In this document: positions 47,962-57,859 of the stretch, one piece after another
Layout: every line of letters starts with the position of its first letter
Numbering within the stretch: the stretch's first letter is position 1
From: Desulfobacterales bacterium
Lineage (GTDB): Bacteria > Desulfobacterota > Desulfobacteria > Desulfobacterales > UBA5852
NCBI GenBank assembly: GCA_963674755.2
Contig: CAXXVS010000001.1
Coordinates: 800,001 to 864,000, forward strand
Length of the DNA: 64,000 bases
Reading direction: 5' to 3'
Made by a program: the position numbers and the translations under genes
The notes under the pieces: model-generated
The model's input: the letters and a program-made list of their open reading frames with translations, nothing else
The model's database searches: none
What the model was told of the DNA's origin: nothing

Positions 47962-49824
47962 TTACTGTACAAATCTATTGCGGTTCGAGATGCATGTATT
48001 ATGCCATAAAGCGAGCCCTAACAAAGTCCATATTTGCAAAAAGTAATTTTTTTTGCCAGAAACATGCTCGTCCAATATTGAACGAGCATATTCAATTGAA
48101 ATGATATCTTCAGGAAGGTTTTTTTCAGATATCATATCATAACAATAATCCCTGAGCTTTCCTCGAAACCATTGGGAAAGGGGCACAACGAAACCAGCTT
48201 TTTTTCGATTGATGATTGTTTTAGGTAAATATTTTTTTGAAATTTCCTTGATTACAATTTTTCTTCTGAGTCGATAAATTTTTAAATTGTCTGGCAAACA
48301 AAATGCCCATTCGACCATTTCATGATCAAGGAAGGGAACGCGCCCTTCAATTGATGCCCCCATCGTCATCTTATCGCCTCGGTCTAGTAAGTTATCAGGC
48401 AACCATATTTTACAATCGAAAAATAAAAATGAGCGCAATGAACTATCGAGATTGTAAGAACTAAAAAAAGCATTCGCGCCATCTTGGTAATTAAAATTCC
48501 GATTTATCAAAAGGCGCAATTTTTCCTGATCATTAAATGGTGAAAACCATAAAGGCCATCTTTTTAATTGATCTGATTCGGACAAGCTTTTTATCGCGAT
48601 TTGCATCTTCCTGTATTTTGTATCGGTGCTATTTATTAAAGCGTCTGTAATAAAGACGGGTAGTTTGCTAATGCATGGGCTGAGAAAATCAGCTCCATAC
48701 TTAGGATAGCCTGCAAACAGCTCATCACTACCCTCGCCAGAAAGTAATATTTTAACTTTTTCCGAGGCCAATTTCGATAACAAATGAAGTGGAATATCTG
48801 CTGGTTCACTTAAGGGGGAATCTCTTAGAAATGTTAGCTTTTCAATATTTTCTAAAAAATCATTTTCGCTGATAAGTAATTCATGGTGATCAGTTTTATA
48901 TTGGTCAGCAACGATTTTAGCGTAACCTGTTTCTGTGTCAGGAAAATCTTTAAAGCCTACAGAGTATGTCTTAACTGGCTCATCTATCAGATGGCTCATT
49001 ATGGCGACAATAAGACTAGAATCTATCCCGCCACTTAAAAAAGCTCCCAGCGGGACATCGCTAATCAACCTTCGTTTTATTGACTTGATTAAGATAGATT
49101 CCGTATCTTCTACAAGTTTGCTGAGATTCCTATTCTTTTTAATATGATTATAAATTGGAATATCCCAATACCGTTTAACGACTGCACCATCTTTGTTGAA
49201 AATTAAATAATGACCAGGTTGCAACTTATTAATGCCATTGTAAAGGGTGTTAGGTGATGGAACGGAACGAAAAGTAAAATAATTCCAAAGTGATTGGATA
49301 TTGGGTTCCGGAGAAACAGCCGGGTGCTGCAAAATACCTTTTTGCTCAGATGAAAATATTAAAAAATTTTGTTTCTCATAATAATAAAGAGGTTTGATGC
49401 CCATCCTATCACGGACTAATAAGAGGCGCTTTTTATCGATGTCCCAAATGGCAAAAGAAAACATACCATTTAGAAAATTCATCATTTCAGTGCCATATTC
49501 TTCATACAAATGTACCAACGTTTCCGTGTCACCATGTGTCTGGAAGCGATGGCCCAGACCTTTTAGTTTTTCTCTCAATTCTTTATAGTTATAAATTTCA
49601 CCATTAAAAGTTATCCAAACTGTATGATTTTCATTACAAAGTGGTTGTTTGCTTCCTTCGACATCAATAATGCTTAATCGTACATGGCCCAAACCGCAAA
49701 TTAAACGATCGTTGAAAGTGCCTTTACCATCTGGCCCCCGGTGCGCAATTATTGAATTCATATTTTCAATAATATTCATATCAATAGGATTTTTAAAGCT
49801 GACTATACCGTTAATCCCACACAT
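47962..49824 (-). CDS. asnB: asparagine synthase-like glutamine amidotransferase (EPS-associated)
   Basis: MCGI, HRGPD, RLSIID, FNGEIYNY, DTE, LSGGIDSS, SGEGSDE.F.GY, RVPFLD. Confidence 0.9.
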   Translation of the reverse strand: MCGINGIVSFKNPIDMNIIENMNSIIAHRGPDGKGTFNDRLICGLGHVRLSIIDVEGSKQPLCNENHTVWITFNGEIYNYKELREKLKGLGHRFQTHGDTETLVHLYEEYGTEMMNFLNGMFSFAIWDIDKKRLLLVRDRMGIKPLYYYEKQNFLIFSSEQKGILQHPAVSPEPNIQSLWNYFTFRSVPSPNTLYNGINKLQPGHYLIFNKDGAVVKRYWDIPIYNHIKKNRNLSKLVEDTESILIKSIKRRLISDVPLGAFLSGGIDSSLIVAIMSHLIDEPVKTYSVGFKDFPDTETGYAKIVADQYKTDHHELLISENDFLENIEKLTFLRDSPLSEPADIPLHLLSKLASEKVKILLSGEGSDELFAGYPKYGADFLSPCISKLPVFITDALINSTDTKYRKMQIAIKSLSESDQLKRWPLWFSPFNDQEKLRLLINRNFNYQDGANAFFSSYNLDSSLRSFLFFDCKIWLPDNLLDRGDKMTMGASIEGRVPFLDHEMVEWAFCLPDNLKIYRLRRKIVIKEISKKYLPKTIINRKKAGFVVPLSQWFRGKLRDYCYDMISEKNLPEDIISIEYARSILDEHVSGKKNYFLQIWTLLGLALWHNTCISNRNRFVQ

Positions 49825-49938
49825 AAATTACGTCCTTTTCATTTTCTCAAAAAAAGTTCTAAATTACAATTTAGAACTTTTTACTTAAAAATAACAGTGA
49901 ATTAAAGGGAAATGCTTTAAATGGGAGAAAGGGTACAT

Positions 49939-50874
49939 TTAGGAGTCACATTTTAGCCACTCTTTTCTTTTATTCCATATCTTTGACCAGCTATCCGCTT
50001 TTTCACGGAATTTGTTATGAGTCAAGAATGATAAAATATTGCTCGCAAGCATTCTTGAGAATACTGATACTTTAAGCAATGTTACTCCAATAAATTTTTC
50101 GATTGGTGCAAAATGTCTTCTAATTAATTGTATTTTGGCACGAAATAAACGAATCATTTTGTCTGGATATATCTTTTCACTTGCTCCGCAATAGTGAATA
50201 ATTGTAGCATCTGGGGTGATTACCGGATTAGCTCCGTATTTAAAAGATCGAAGACAAAGGTCCGCATCCTCTCCGTACATGAAAAAAAGCGGATCAAAGC
50301 CATTGAGACGTTGCCATAATTGTCGTTCGATCAATAGAAAACATCCGGTTACAATATCAACTTCCTTTATACTATTACGTTGCCAATCTCCATATGATTC
50401 TGGATCGAAAATTCTGTTTCTTCTGAAAATGGATGTTAAACCGGTAGCATAGCAAAAAAGACTCCATAAGGTTGGGCGTGCCCAACAAGATTCGTGGTTT
50501 AACGAATGATCTCCATATAACGTACGCCCACCGTATATTTGATGATGAGGATTAGCAACAGCAAACGAATGGATTTTTTGTATTGCACCGTCGAGAATTA
50601 CGGTGTCCGGGTTTAAGAGCAAAATATAGTTGCCTTTCGCTTTTTTTGCGGCAAAATTATTTGCTCTCGCAAAACCAAGATTTTCATTAGATGCAATTAG
50701 ATCAATGTTCTTAAATTTATCTCTAATGGCTTGTTCTGAACCATCTCTGGAATCGTTATCTACTACGATTATTTCGTATGAAATACCCTTGGTTTGCTCT
50801 AAAATTGAATTTATGCAAGCCAGAGTCATCTCTCTAGTATTATAACTAATAATTATAATGCTAACGTTTATCAT
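49939..50874 (-). CDS. glycosyltransferase family 2
   Basis: IIISYN, VVDNDSRDG, NLGFARANN, LLNPD, FFMYGEDAD. Confidence 0.92.
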   Translation of the reverse strand: MINVSIIIISYNTREMTLACINSILEQTKGISYEIIVVDNDSRDGSEQAIRDKFKNIDLIASNENLGFARANNFAAKKAKGNYILLLNPDTVILDGAIQKIHSFAVANPHHQIYGGRTLYGDHSLNHESCWARPTLWSLFCYATGLTSIFRRNRIFDPESYGDWQRNSIKEVDIVTGCFLLIERQLWQRLNGFDPLFFMYGEDADLCLRSFKYGANPVITPDATIIHYCGASEKIYPDKMIRLFRAKIQLIRRHFAPIEKFIGVTLLKVSVFSRMLASNILSFLTHNKFREKADSWSKIWNKRKEWLKCDS

Positions 50875-50996
50875 AATTGTCTCATATTTGAATTATAATT
50901 TTGATGTCATGACTATAACAACACCATAAAAAGTGTTTCAAGATATAGTCATGAGCGTTTACCCGTATTTTGTTTCAACTGACGTGAAGATAAACT

Positions 50997-51473
50997 TTAT
51001 GTAATTATCTTATTCAAATAATTAATAAGTCCCTCTTTTTGGTCTTTGCCACTCAGGTTGGCTACACTCTTTGTCTCACAATTTACGAAGTTGGACAATT
51101 CACTTATATCAAATATTATCTCAACTAGACCGGTTGTAGCGAACTTTTTAGAGAAGGAGACCTGATGATCATCAACATGCTCGCCGAATTCCTTTCTGCG
51201 GGGTACAAGAAGCGGGCGGTGCCCTAACTGGACACACAAAAGAGTCGTGCCTGCACCGGCATGCGCAATAATCGTGTCGGCTTCCTTAATTTTATTACAC
51301 ATATCTCCGAAATCTAAAAAACGCCGCCATTTGCAGTGCTTAGGCTCGAAAGAACAGGATCCCAACTGCACGAACACATCCTGCTGGATGACATTTTCAT
51401 ATACCAGCCTGTCGACTTCCTTCACCATCCTGTCGATGGGGAATTTCTCAGTTCCAGTTATTACGAAAATCAT
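50997..51473 (-). CDS. PssE/Cps14G (Alg13-like) glycosyltransferase subunit
   Basis: MIFVITGT..FP.DR, QLG, IAHAGAGT, VPR...GEHVDDHQ. Confidence 0.9.
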   Translation of the reverse strand: MIFVITGTEKFPIDRMVKEVDRLVYENVIQQDVFVQLGSCSFEPKHCKWRRFLDFGDMCNKIKEADTIIAHAGAGTTLLCVQLGHRPLLVPRRKEFGEHVDDHQVSFSKKFATTGLVEIIFDISELSNFVNCETKSVANLSGKDQKEGLINYLNKIIT

Positions 51474-51949
51474 AATACCTGCCCCCTGTACTGCGCCTTG
51501 GGGTAACGTAACTCTAAATCCTTCCACTGAACCAAGAGTTTATCCACAAATGGGTAAACCAATTTGGCGCTTAAAGAAAGCTCTTCGTTCCTTGTTATTG
51601 ATTCCAAGTAGATTGTTTTAATTCCCACTAACTTTGCAATTATTATGAATGGTACCCCGACACCAGCACCCGTCGACAAAACTAAAGAAGGCCTTTCTTT
51701 TATTATAAGTTTCCAAGCGAACCATAAATTCTTAATTAGGTTTTTCAAATTACGATTCGTCGGATAGTATGCCCAATATTTTCGTTCATCTTTTAGTAAA
51801 TAAAGAGCATCCTGGGTTGGAAATGAAACCCAAAAATGAGATTTATTACCCCAAAATGCTTTTAGGTTGTACAATTGAAATAAATGCCCTCCTGATGAAC
51901 AAACCAAACAAATACTTTTTGTTTTCATAAGACCTTTGGTCAACTCCAT
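51470..51949 (-). CDS. PssD/Cps14F (Alg14-like) glycosyltransferase subunit
   Basis: CLVCSSGGHL.QL, STGAGVGVPF, IYLES, VQW. Confidence 0.9.
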   Translation of the reverse strand: MELTKGLMKTKSICLVCSSGGHLFQLYNLKAFWGNKSHFWVSFPTQDALYLLKDERKYWAYYPTNRNLKNLIKNLWFAWKLIIKERPSLVLSTGAGVGVPFIIIAKLVGIKTIYLESITRNEELSLSAKLVYPFVDKLLVQWKDLELRYPKAQYRGQVL

Positions 51950-52180
51950 TACTAATTACAATTAATGCCTGTCCTTGTATTCGACAGGGGGCAGGATATA
52001 AAATAGCCAGATATTTTTATACGTATATCAGTGAATTGGTGGCTCTTGCCATTGGCTTCCTCGAAAGTGAATTGTTCTATCATGTATGCTTCAAAGTATT
52101 GGATGATATTCTCTGCGTGATTTTTTTAAATGCATTGATACTTTCTGAAACCGAAAACACTTAATATTCGGCTGCCAAAA

Positions 52181-52316
52181 TTGATGGCATCGTAAAAAGT
52201 CTCAATACCGTCACTCCCGCGAAGGCGGGATTCCATAAACCACTGAAATGACTGGATCCCCGCCTGCGCAGGGATGACGAAACAATACTGTCAGTGACTT
52301 TTTACGAGCTCATCAA
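52181..52316. mobile_element. MITE-like element with a nested dRS3/RPE-like palindrome pair
   Basis: Outer IR ttgatggcatcgtaaaaagtc / gactttttacgagctcatcaa; inner cgtcactcccgcgaaggcgggattcca ... tggatccccgcctgcgcagggatgacg. Confidence 0.75.
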
Positions 52317-52705
52317 AACTAGATCAGCATGAACGTTTTATTTAAAGGCTGTTTCAAAATTGGTTAAGCGTTATCCTTATACACGCAATAAAAAAGAGGC
52401 ACTTATAAACAGAGAGCAAGTTCTGGTGCAAAAACAGCAATCGGAGGTAGTTCCCACTCCAATAGAATGTAAGCTTAAGATTCGTCCTCATTAAATACCG
52501 TCAGCGATTTCGACAGTCTTTGCGTTTCGATTTTTTCATGCCTTTCCTATGCGGCCATATCAGTTCAATCTGGTGTCTCTTTATAGATACGGAGCGGAGA
52601 GAATCCAAGATAGCCATTTTCATATTGTATCTGACGATAATGCCACTAATATCAACATTCAATAATAAACAATTCTTGTTTGAGTTGCAGGAACATCTTC
52701 TTACG

Positions 52706-53362
52706 CTAAGACAAATGGATACTGTTGATGAAGTTTAAAAACGATGGATAAAAAGAACGGATATATTGTTCCCCGATTTTGAGAGCTTCCGCTTTCCCAA
52801 TGGACTGCATGGGAATGGAAATCCGAACGAAGGCGCTTTGGCCATCGTTCCGGAAAAGATCGTTGTAAAGGACATACATTTTGTTGAGATAGGTGTCGGT
52901 GGTGGTGAGATCGAAGGCTTGGTACCAGTAGATGATTAAATGCGACTGCTGCCCCAATTGCGCTTCCATCACCGCATAGTTGACCTGATGTTCACCGATG
53001 GAAAGCATGCCGGTCTGCGGTTTGGTGGTGACCCAACCCTGCGCCGGGAAGCAGACGAGAGGCGAATGCGCTTTCGTTGCCTTGTCGGCGGTGTAGTAAT
53101 AACCGATGTAAAGGTTCAGCGAATCGGTGCCGTGAAGATAGGCGGCATAAACATAATCGTCCAGCGCGAGGAAATCGTAGATATTTTGCTCCAAGGGAAT
53201 GCTGCCGGCATAGCGGAAGTTATTGAAATCGTGGAAATAGTGCTTCAGCTTGACGTCAGGGGGAGCGAAGGGCCTATGCGTTTTGCCTGGCAGGGCCGCG
53301 ATGCTTGTCAGGGCCAGCATCGCAATGAGAATGATTAACTTATAGTGTATTTTTTTTCGCAT
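52706..53362 (-). CDS. epsI: EpsI family exosortase-associated protein
   Basis: LYIGYY, HSPLVCFPAQGW, YWYQ, AFVRIS; overlaps the exosortase gene. Confidence 0.88.
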   Translation of the reverse strand: MRKKIHYKLIILIAMLALTSIAALPGKTHRPFAPPDVKLKHYFHDFNNFRYAGSIPLEQNIYDFLALDDYVYAAYLHGTDSLNLYIGYYYTADKATKAHSPLVCFPAQGWVTTKPQTGMLSIGEHQVNYAVMEAQLGQQSHLIIYWYQAFDLTTTDTYLNKMYVLYNDLFRNDGQSAFVRISIPMQSIGKAEALKIGEQYIRSFYPSFLNFINSIHLS

Positions 53363-54201
53363 CGAGCCAATGGCTTGTATAGAAGGAGCAGGATGCCCAT
53401 GGATATCAAAAACACGGCCATGCCTAGTGCCGTGTGGGCGAGGCCGGTGCTGAGGTCCAGTCTAAAATAATAAAAGAGCATTATCAGCGACACGACCCGG
53501 ATGATGTTGACCATAATTGCGACCGGTATGCTTAAAGCGACCAACATCAATTTGATCTTTTTTAAATTGAGGGTGAAGTAGCCGACGATAATGCTCAGCA
53601 CGACCAGGGTCATGATCGAACGCATGCCGCTGCAAGCTTGTACGATCTGGAAAGTCTTGTCCGGCAGCGATATGACGTTCCCCTCCCGGTAGATGGGTAT
53701 GCTAAAAAGGCGCACAATGAATTCACTGGCCTGGGAAACCTTCAACTGCAGCGGCAGGGTGGCGGCCGCATACAGCCAAGAGGGGACGGGGACCAGCAGG
53801 AGAAAGAGCAGGAACGGGGTGGCGAGGATGTGAATGGCCCTCGGCCCGATCAGGTAGACGCATGCGCCGGCCAGAAACAAGATCATGGCGAGAGAGGTCA
53901 AGGTGTTGATTTGAGCTTTCAAGGCCACGATGTAAAAGCACAGTGAAAAAATGACGACGAACAGCCCGATTCCAGATCCCCTCCACAGATCGACCTTTAG
54001 CATCAGCCGCTTCTGCCAGACCATGAAGAGCACGATGGGAATGGTCAGAAAGGCATGTTGATAGTCGTCCAGGAGGGTCCATTGGCTGAAAAGGTATTTG
54101 AAAACCGGGAAAAAAGCGAAGCCGCCCAAAACGACCAACACACCGGTCAAGGTGTAGATGAGCGTTCCATGGTCATTGACGTTTGGGGAGGATCGCCGCA
54201 T
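53335..54201 (-). CDS. exosortase (EpsH-like)
   Basis: W...DDY.H, PLQ, REGN.I, ACSG.RS (catalytic Cys), N.IR (Arg), H...G (His). Confidence 0.92.
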   Translation of the reverse strand: MRRSSPNVNDHGTLIYTLTGVLVVLGGFAFFPVFKYLFSQWTLLDDYQHAFLTIPIVLFMVWQKRLMLKVDLWRGSGIGLFVVIFSLCFYIVALKAQINTLTSLAMILFLAGACVYLIGPRAIHILATPFLLFLLLVPVPSWLYAAATLPLQLKVSQASEFIVRLFSIPIYREGNVISLPDKTFQIVQACSGMRSIMTLVVLSIIVGYFTLNLKKIKLMLVALSIPVAIMVNIIRVVSLIMLFYYFRLDLSTGLAHTALGMAVFLISMGILLLLYKPLARCEKKYTIS

Positions 54202-54215
54202 TCGTTATCGTCGGG

Positions 54216-55640
54216 TCAAACCGCCCCCTTTTTGAGCAGCACCGCGGGGATTGTTTTGAAGAGAATAATAAAGTCCAACATGAGGGACCAGTTGTTGATG
54301 TATTTCAAATCTAATTCGAGCCATTCCGAGAACGGCAGATTGGACCTGCCGCTGATTTGCCAAAAGCATGTCAAACCAGGTTTGACACTGAAGCGCTTGC
54401 GCTGAATACCCTTGTCAAAGAGGTCGACGTCCCTTACCGACATGGGCCTGGGGCCGACCAGACTCATTTCCCCTTTCAAGACATTGATCAGTTGCGGCAG
54501 CTCGTCGAGGCTGGTGCGCCGCAGGAAACGCCCCACCCTGGTAACGCGGGGGTCATTGGCCATTTTGAAGATCGGTCCCTCCGCCTCATTTTGTTCCTCC
54601 AGTTCCGCCATCAATTCTTCGGCGTTGGGAACCATGGAGCGAAATTTGAACATTTTGAAAGGCCGTTTTTTCCAGCCGATGCGATCCTGGACGAAAAAGA
54701 CCGGGCCGGGTGAATCCAGCTTGATAGCCAAGGCGATGATTGCCATTAGCAGCCCAATGATCGGCAGGAACAAAAGCGTCAAAAAAAGGTCGAAGCCCCG
54801 TTTGATGAGCAGCTTGACTTCGTCTTGAACAACTGGCTCCAGGGTCATGAGAGGGATTTCCGCAAACTCGACGATTCTGACGCGCACGACCCGGAAATCA
54901 AAAAAATCGGCCATGAACCTGACGCGGACGCCTTCTTCTTCACAGGCGAAGAAAACATATCCCACGGACTCGAGCATACTCCGGGGGGTGGCGATGACGA
55001 CTTCGTCGACCACATTATTCTTCAATATCTTATGGATATCCATCACACTGCCCAGCACCGGGGCGCCGTCCACGATCTGGCCGGTCATGGAAGCATCGGG
55101 GTCGACGTGGCCGACGATGCGGATCCCCCATTCGGCTTCAGCTTTGAGCTTTTTAGATATCATTTGGGCACGCGGGCCCGTGCCGACGATCAACAGCTGG
55201 ATGAAATTTTTGCCTTTTTTAAGCGAAAAGCGAAAATATTGAAGGATTGCGATTCTAATCAGAATGAGGCCGAGCGTATTGCAAACCCCGAATACAATGA
55301 CGATAAATCGGTTGACGTAGGTGATGTCGAAAATGAAGACCATCAGCAAAATGAGTGCGAGGGCTGTGATCATCGAGTTTACAATAGCAATAATATAGAA
55401 AAGCAGGGAGGCGCCGCGGGGTTGCCGATAAGCTCCAAAATAGGAAAGGAAATAGAGAACGAGTGCCAGGAAGAGGGGCAGGACAGACATGTGCGAAAAA
55501 AAATCGATTGTTTCATAATCGACAACCTCGGACAAAAAACCTCTGGACCCGTAAAAGGCGACTATAAAGAAAATAATCGTGACGGCTGAATCCAGAAGCG
55601 TCATCAAGCGATCGAGCTGATTTGATTTTTCCTCAAACAC
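54216..55640 (-). CDS. polyprenyl glycosylphosphotransferase (priming sugar transferase, WcaJ-like)
   Basis: N-terminal TMs, KR.FD, SPGPVFF.Q.R.G, KFRSM, DPRVTRVGRFLRRTSLDELPQL, GPRP, KPGLT..WQISGR. Confidence 0.93.
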   Translation of the reverse strand: MFEEKSNQLDRLMTLLDSAVTIIFFIVAFYGSRGFLSEVVDYETIDFFSHMSVLPLFLALVLYFLSYFGAYRQPRGASLLFYIIAIVNSMITALALILLMVFIFDITYVNRFIVIVFGVCNTLGLILIRIAILQYFRFSLKKGKNFIQLLIVGTGPRAQMISKKLKAEAEWGIRIVGHVDPDASMTGQIVDGAPVLGSVMDIHKILKNNVVDEVVIATPRSMLESVGYVFFACEEEGVRVRFMADFFDFRVVRVRIVEFAEIPLMTLEPVVQDEVKLLIKRGFDLFLTLLFLPIIGLLMAIIALAIKLDSPGPVFFVQDRIGWKKRPFKMFKFRSMVPNAEELMAELEEQNEAEGPIFKMANDPRVTRVGRFLRRTSLDELPQLINVLKGEMSLVGPRPMSVRDVDLFDKGIQRKRFSVKPGLTCFWQISGRSNLPFSEWLELDLKYINNWSLMLDFIILFKTIPAVLLKKGAV

Positions 55641-55680
55641 TTTTTACGAAGCCATCTCTTTCTCGAGGTATAAAATGCCC

Positions 55681-57261
55681 TTAAGCACCGGAAAGTTTGC
55701 GCATTAGATCCAGGCAGGCCTGCCGGTCCACTTTGCCGCTGCTATTTTTGGGCAGGGAACGAACGAAATGCAGTTCCTGCGGGTGCTTATATTTCGGCAG
55801 CCGCTCGGCGATCTGTTGCATCAACGCCTGTCGTTGGTCGCCATCCTCTTTGGCCACAGCTATGGCTGAAAGTTTGTTCCCGAGGAGTTCGTCCGCTAAC
55901 CCCAGAACGGCGATCTCCACCAGAAACCCCGTGGCCATCATGGTGTCTTCGATCTCCTGTAGACTGATGCGGTGCCCCCCGACCTTGAGGATGTTGTCTT
56001 TACGCCCTTCCAGGAACAGAAAACCATCCTCATCGCAAAAGCCGACATCGCCGGTGTGATAACCGTGGTCATCCAGCGCTTTAGCGGTCGCCTTCGGGTT
56101 TTTCCAATAGCCCATCATGATATTGCTGCCGGCGCCGACGATTTCGCCGACTTTTCCGGGGGGTAGAGAATTGCCCTCTTTATCCAAGACCTTCATGGTG
56201 ACCCCCGGAATTCCAATGCCAATGGATTCCAATTTCGTTCTCAGATGTTCGGGCGGCAGATAGGTCAGTCGCGCCGCCGCCTCGGTGGCGCCGTACATGA
56301 TGAAAAGCTTGGTGTGGGACGGTAAAATACGAAGCAGTTCCTGCTTGATGTGCGCGGACATGTGGCCTCCGGCCTGGGAGCAGTATCGCAGCGCCGGCAA
56401 TTTATCGCGGTATTTGGCGAGCGGTGATCGGTGCAGGAGGTAGGCATATGTCGAGGGAACGCCGGAAAAGCCGGTCACTTCTGCCGCCGCCATTTCCTGT
56501 ACCACTGCTGCCGGGTAGGCAAACTTGTTGTTGATCACCACGCGCCCACCGGCCGCAACATGGGTGTTGAGCAGGGATTTGCCCATGACGTAGAAAAACG
56601 GCAGCACAGCCATCTGAATATCGTTGGCAGTCAATTCGAGATAATCGCAAATGGCATTGGCATTGTCGACAATATTGCGGTGGCTCAACATGACACCTTT
56701 GGGTTTGCCAGTGGAACCGCTGGTATAGATGATGCTGGCCAGACAGTTGGCATCCAAATCAAGCTTGGAGGTGTCGCCTTCGGATGATGGCGTCCTGACA
56801 ATTTCGTCGAGCGCGGCCACTTGAACCGAGAGCGCCTGCCAGGCCAGCTTAGGGTTGCCGATAACGATCAGCGGCCACGGGTAATCCGTTGCTTTCAAAA
56901 GGCGCTCGAAACGCGATGTCGCGATGACCGCCGAGGGTGCCAGCTCTTCGAGCAACGGTTTGAGGGCAGCCGGCTTGAGATCGGTGCTCAAGGGCACTGC
57001 CACTGCCCCGGCTTTCAGGATCCCGTAATAGACCATTACGTAGTCGATGCCGTTTTCCATGATAAACGGCACCCGATCGCCGGGCGCGATGCCGTTGGCG
57101 ATCAGCCAACGGGCAAAGCGGTTAGTGCGCCGGTTGAGCTCGCGGTAGGTAACCCTCTCTTCCTGGTGCACCACCGCAATTTGATCAGGGTGGAGCGTGG
57201 CGCTGCCCTCAAGGAAGTGATGGATCAGCTTGGCGGTGTGGCGTGGGGCGGTTTGCGTCAT
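55681..57261 (-). CDS. AMP-forming acyl-CoA/acyl-carrier ligase
   Basis: YTSGSTGKPKG, MYGATE, YHTGD, GRKD. Confidence 0.9.
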   Translation of the reverse strand: MTQTAPRHTAKLIHHFLEGSATLHPDQIAVVHQEERVTYRELNRRTNRFARWLIANGIAPGDRVPFIMENGIDYVMVYYGILKAGAVAVPLSTDLKPAALKPLLEELAPSAVIATSRFERLLKATDYPWPLIVIGNPKLAWQALSVQVAALDEIVRTPSSEGDTSKLDLDANCLASIIYTSGSTGKPKGVMLSHRNIVDNANAICDYLELTANDIQMAVLPFFYVMGKSLLNTHVAAGGRVVINNKFAYPAAVVQEMAAAEVTGFSGVPSTYAYLLHRSPLAKYRDKLPALRYCSQAGGHMSAHIKQELLRILPSHTKLFIMYGATEAAARLTYLPPEHLRTKLESIGIGIPGVTMKVLDKEGNSLPPGKVGEIVGAGSNIMMGYWKNPKATAKALDDHGYHTGDVGFCDEDGFLFLEGRKDNILKVGGHRISLQEIEDTMMATGFLVEIAVLGLADELLGNKLSAIAVAKEDGDQRQALMQQIAERLPKYKHPQELHFVRSLPKNSSGKVDRQACLDLMRKLSGA

Positions 57262-57438
57262 GGGTGGTGAGAGGATCCTAATTTGATATAGATCTAAATT
57301 CTCGCGATTTATCCCGTCCGCTTTGCCGATGCTTGGCGTGTAACAAAGGGAATTTCAAAACCAAAGGCAAAAGACCGATATTAAACACCTTTCAAGGCGA
57401 TAACTAAATAATTCGATCTGCTAAAGGCGCTTGGTATT

Positions 57439-57687
57439 TTATGTTGATAGCTTGCGTTCGATAAACGCGTCGACGTTGGTAATGGAATCGAGATTTTCGG
57501 GGACCAGTTCCTCGTCCTCGATTTTGATGTTGAATTCCTGCTCCAGGAAGTCCACGAGTTCAAGAATGCCCGTGGAATCGATGATACCTTCGTCAAGAAA
57601 GGAGGTCTCTTCCGTCAGTCCGTCCGAGCTGCCGAACATGAAGTTGTCAACTATGAATGCTTTGATTTTTTCTTTGTGTGCTGGCAT
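57439..57687 (-). CDS. acyl carrier protein
   Basis: Acidic 82 aa; GIIDSTGILELV phosphopantetheine site; PENLDSI. Confidence 0.9.
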   Translation of the reverse strand: MPAHKEKIKAFIVDNFMFGSSDGLTEETSFLDEGIIDSTGILELVDFLEQEFNIKIEDEELVPENLDSITNVDAFIERKLST

Positions 57688-57714
57688 TGATGACTCCTAA
57701 TGAATTCAGTTCTT

Positions 57715-57859
57715 ACAAGTGGTTTCAAAACCCCATCTAACGTCCGATGACTGCGTTACCGCCTTCTTCAAAATGCTCACATATCGTTGAATATGCTCCG
57801 CTTTTTCATCAGGCTGCGCCTTGCCCTCAAACGCTATCTACAGTTTTGAAACCACTTGT
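57715..57859. mobile_element. MITE-like element with perfect 17-bp terminal IRs overlapping the nadE-like 3' end
   Basis: acaagtggtttcaaaac ... gttttgaaaccacttgt; internal hairpin catat-cgttga-atatg. Confidence 0.75.
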
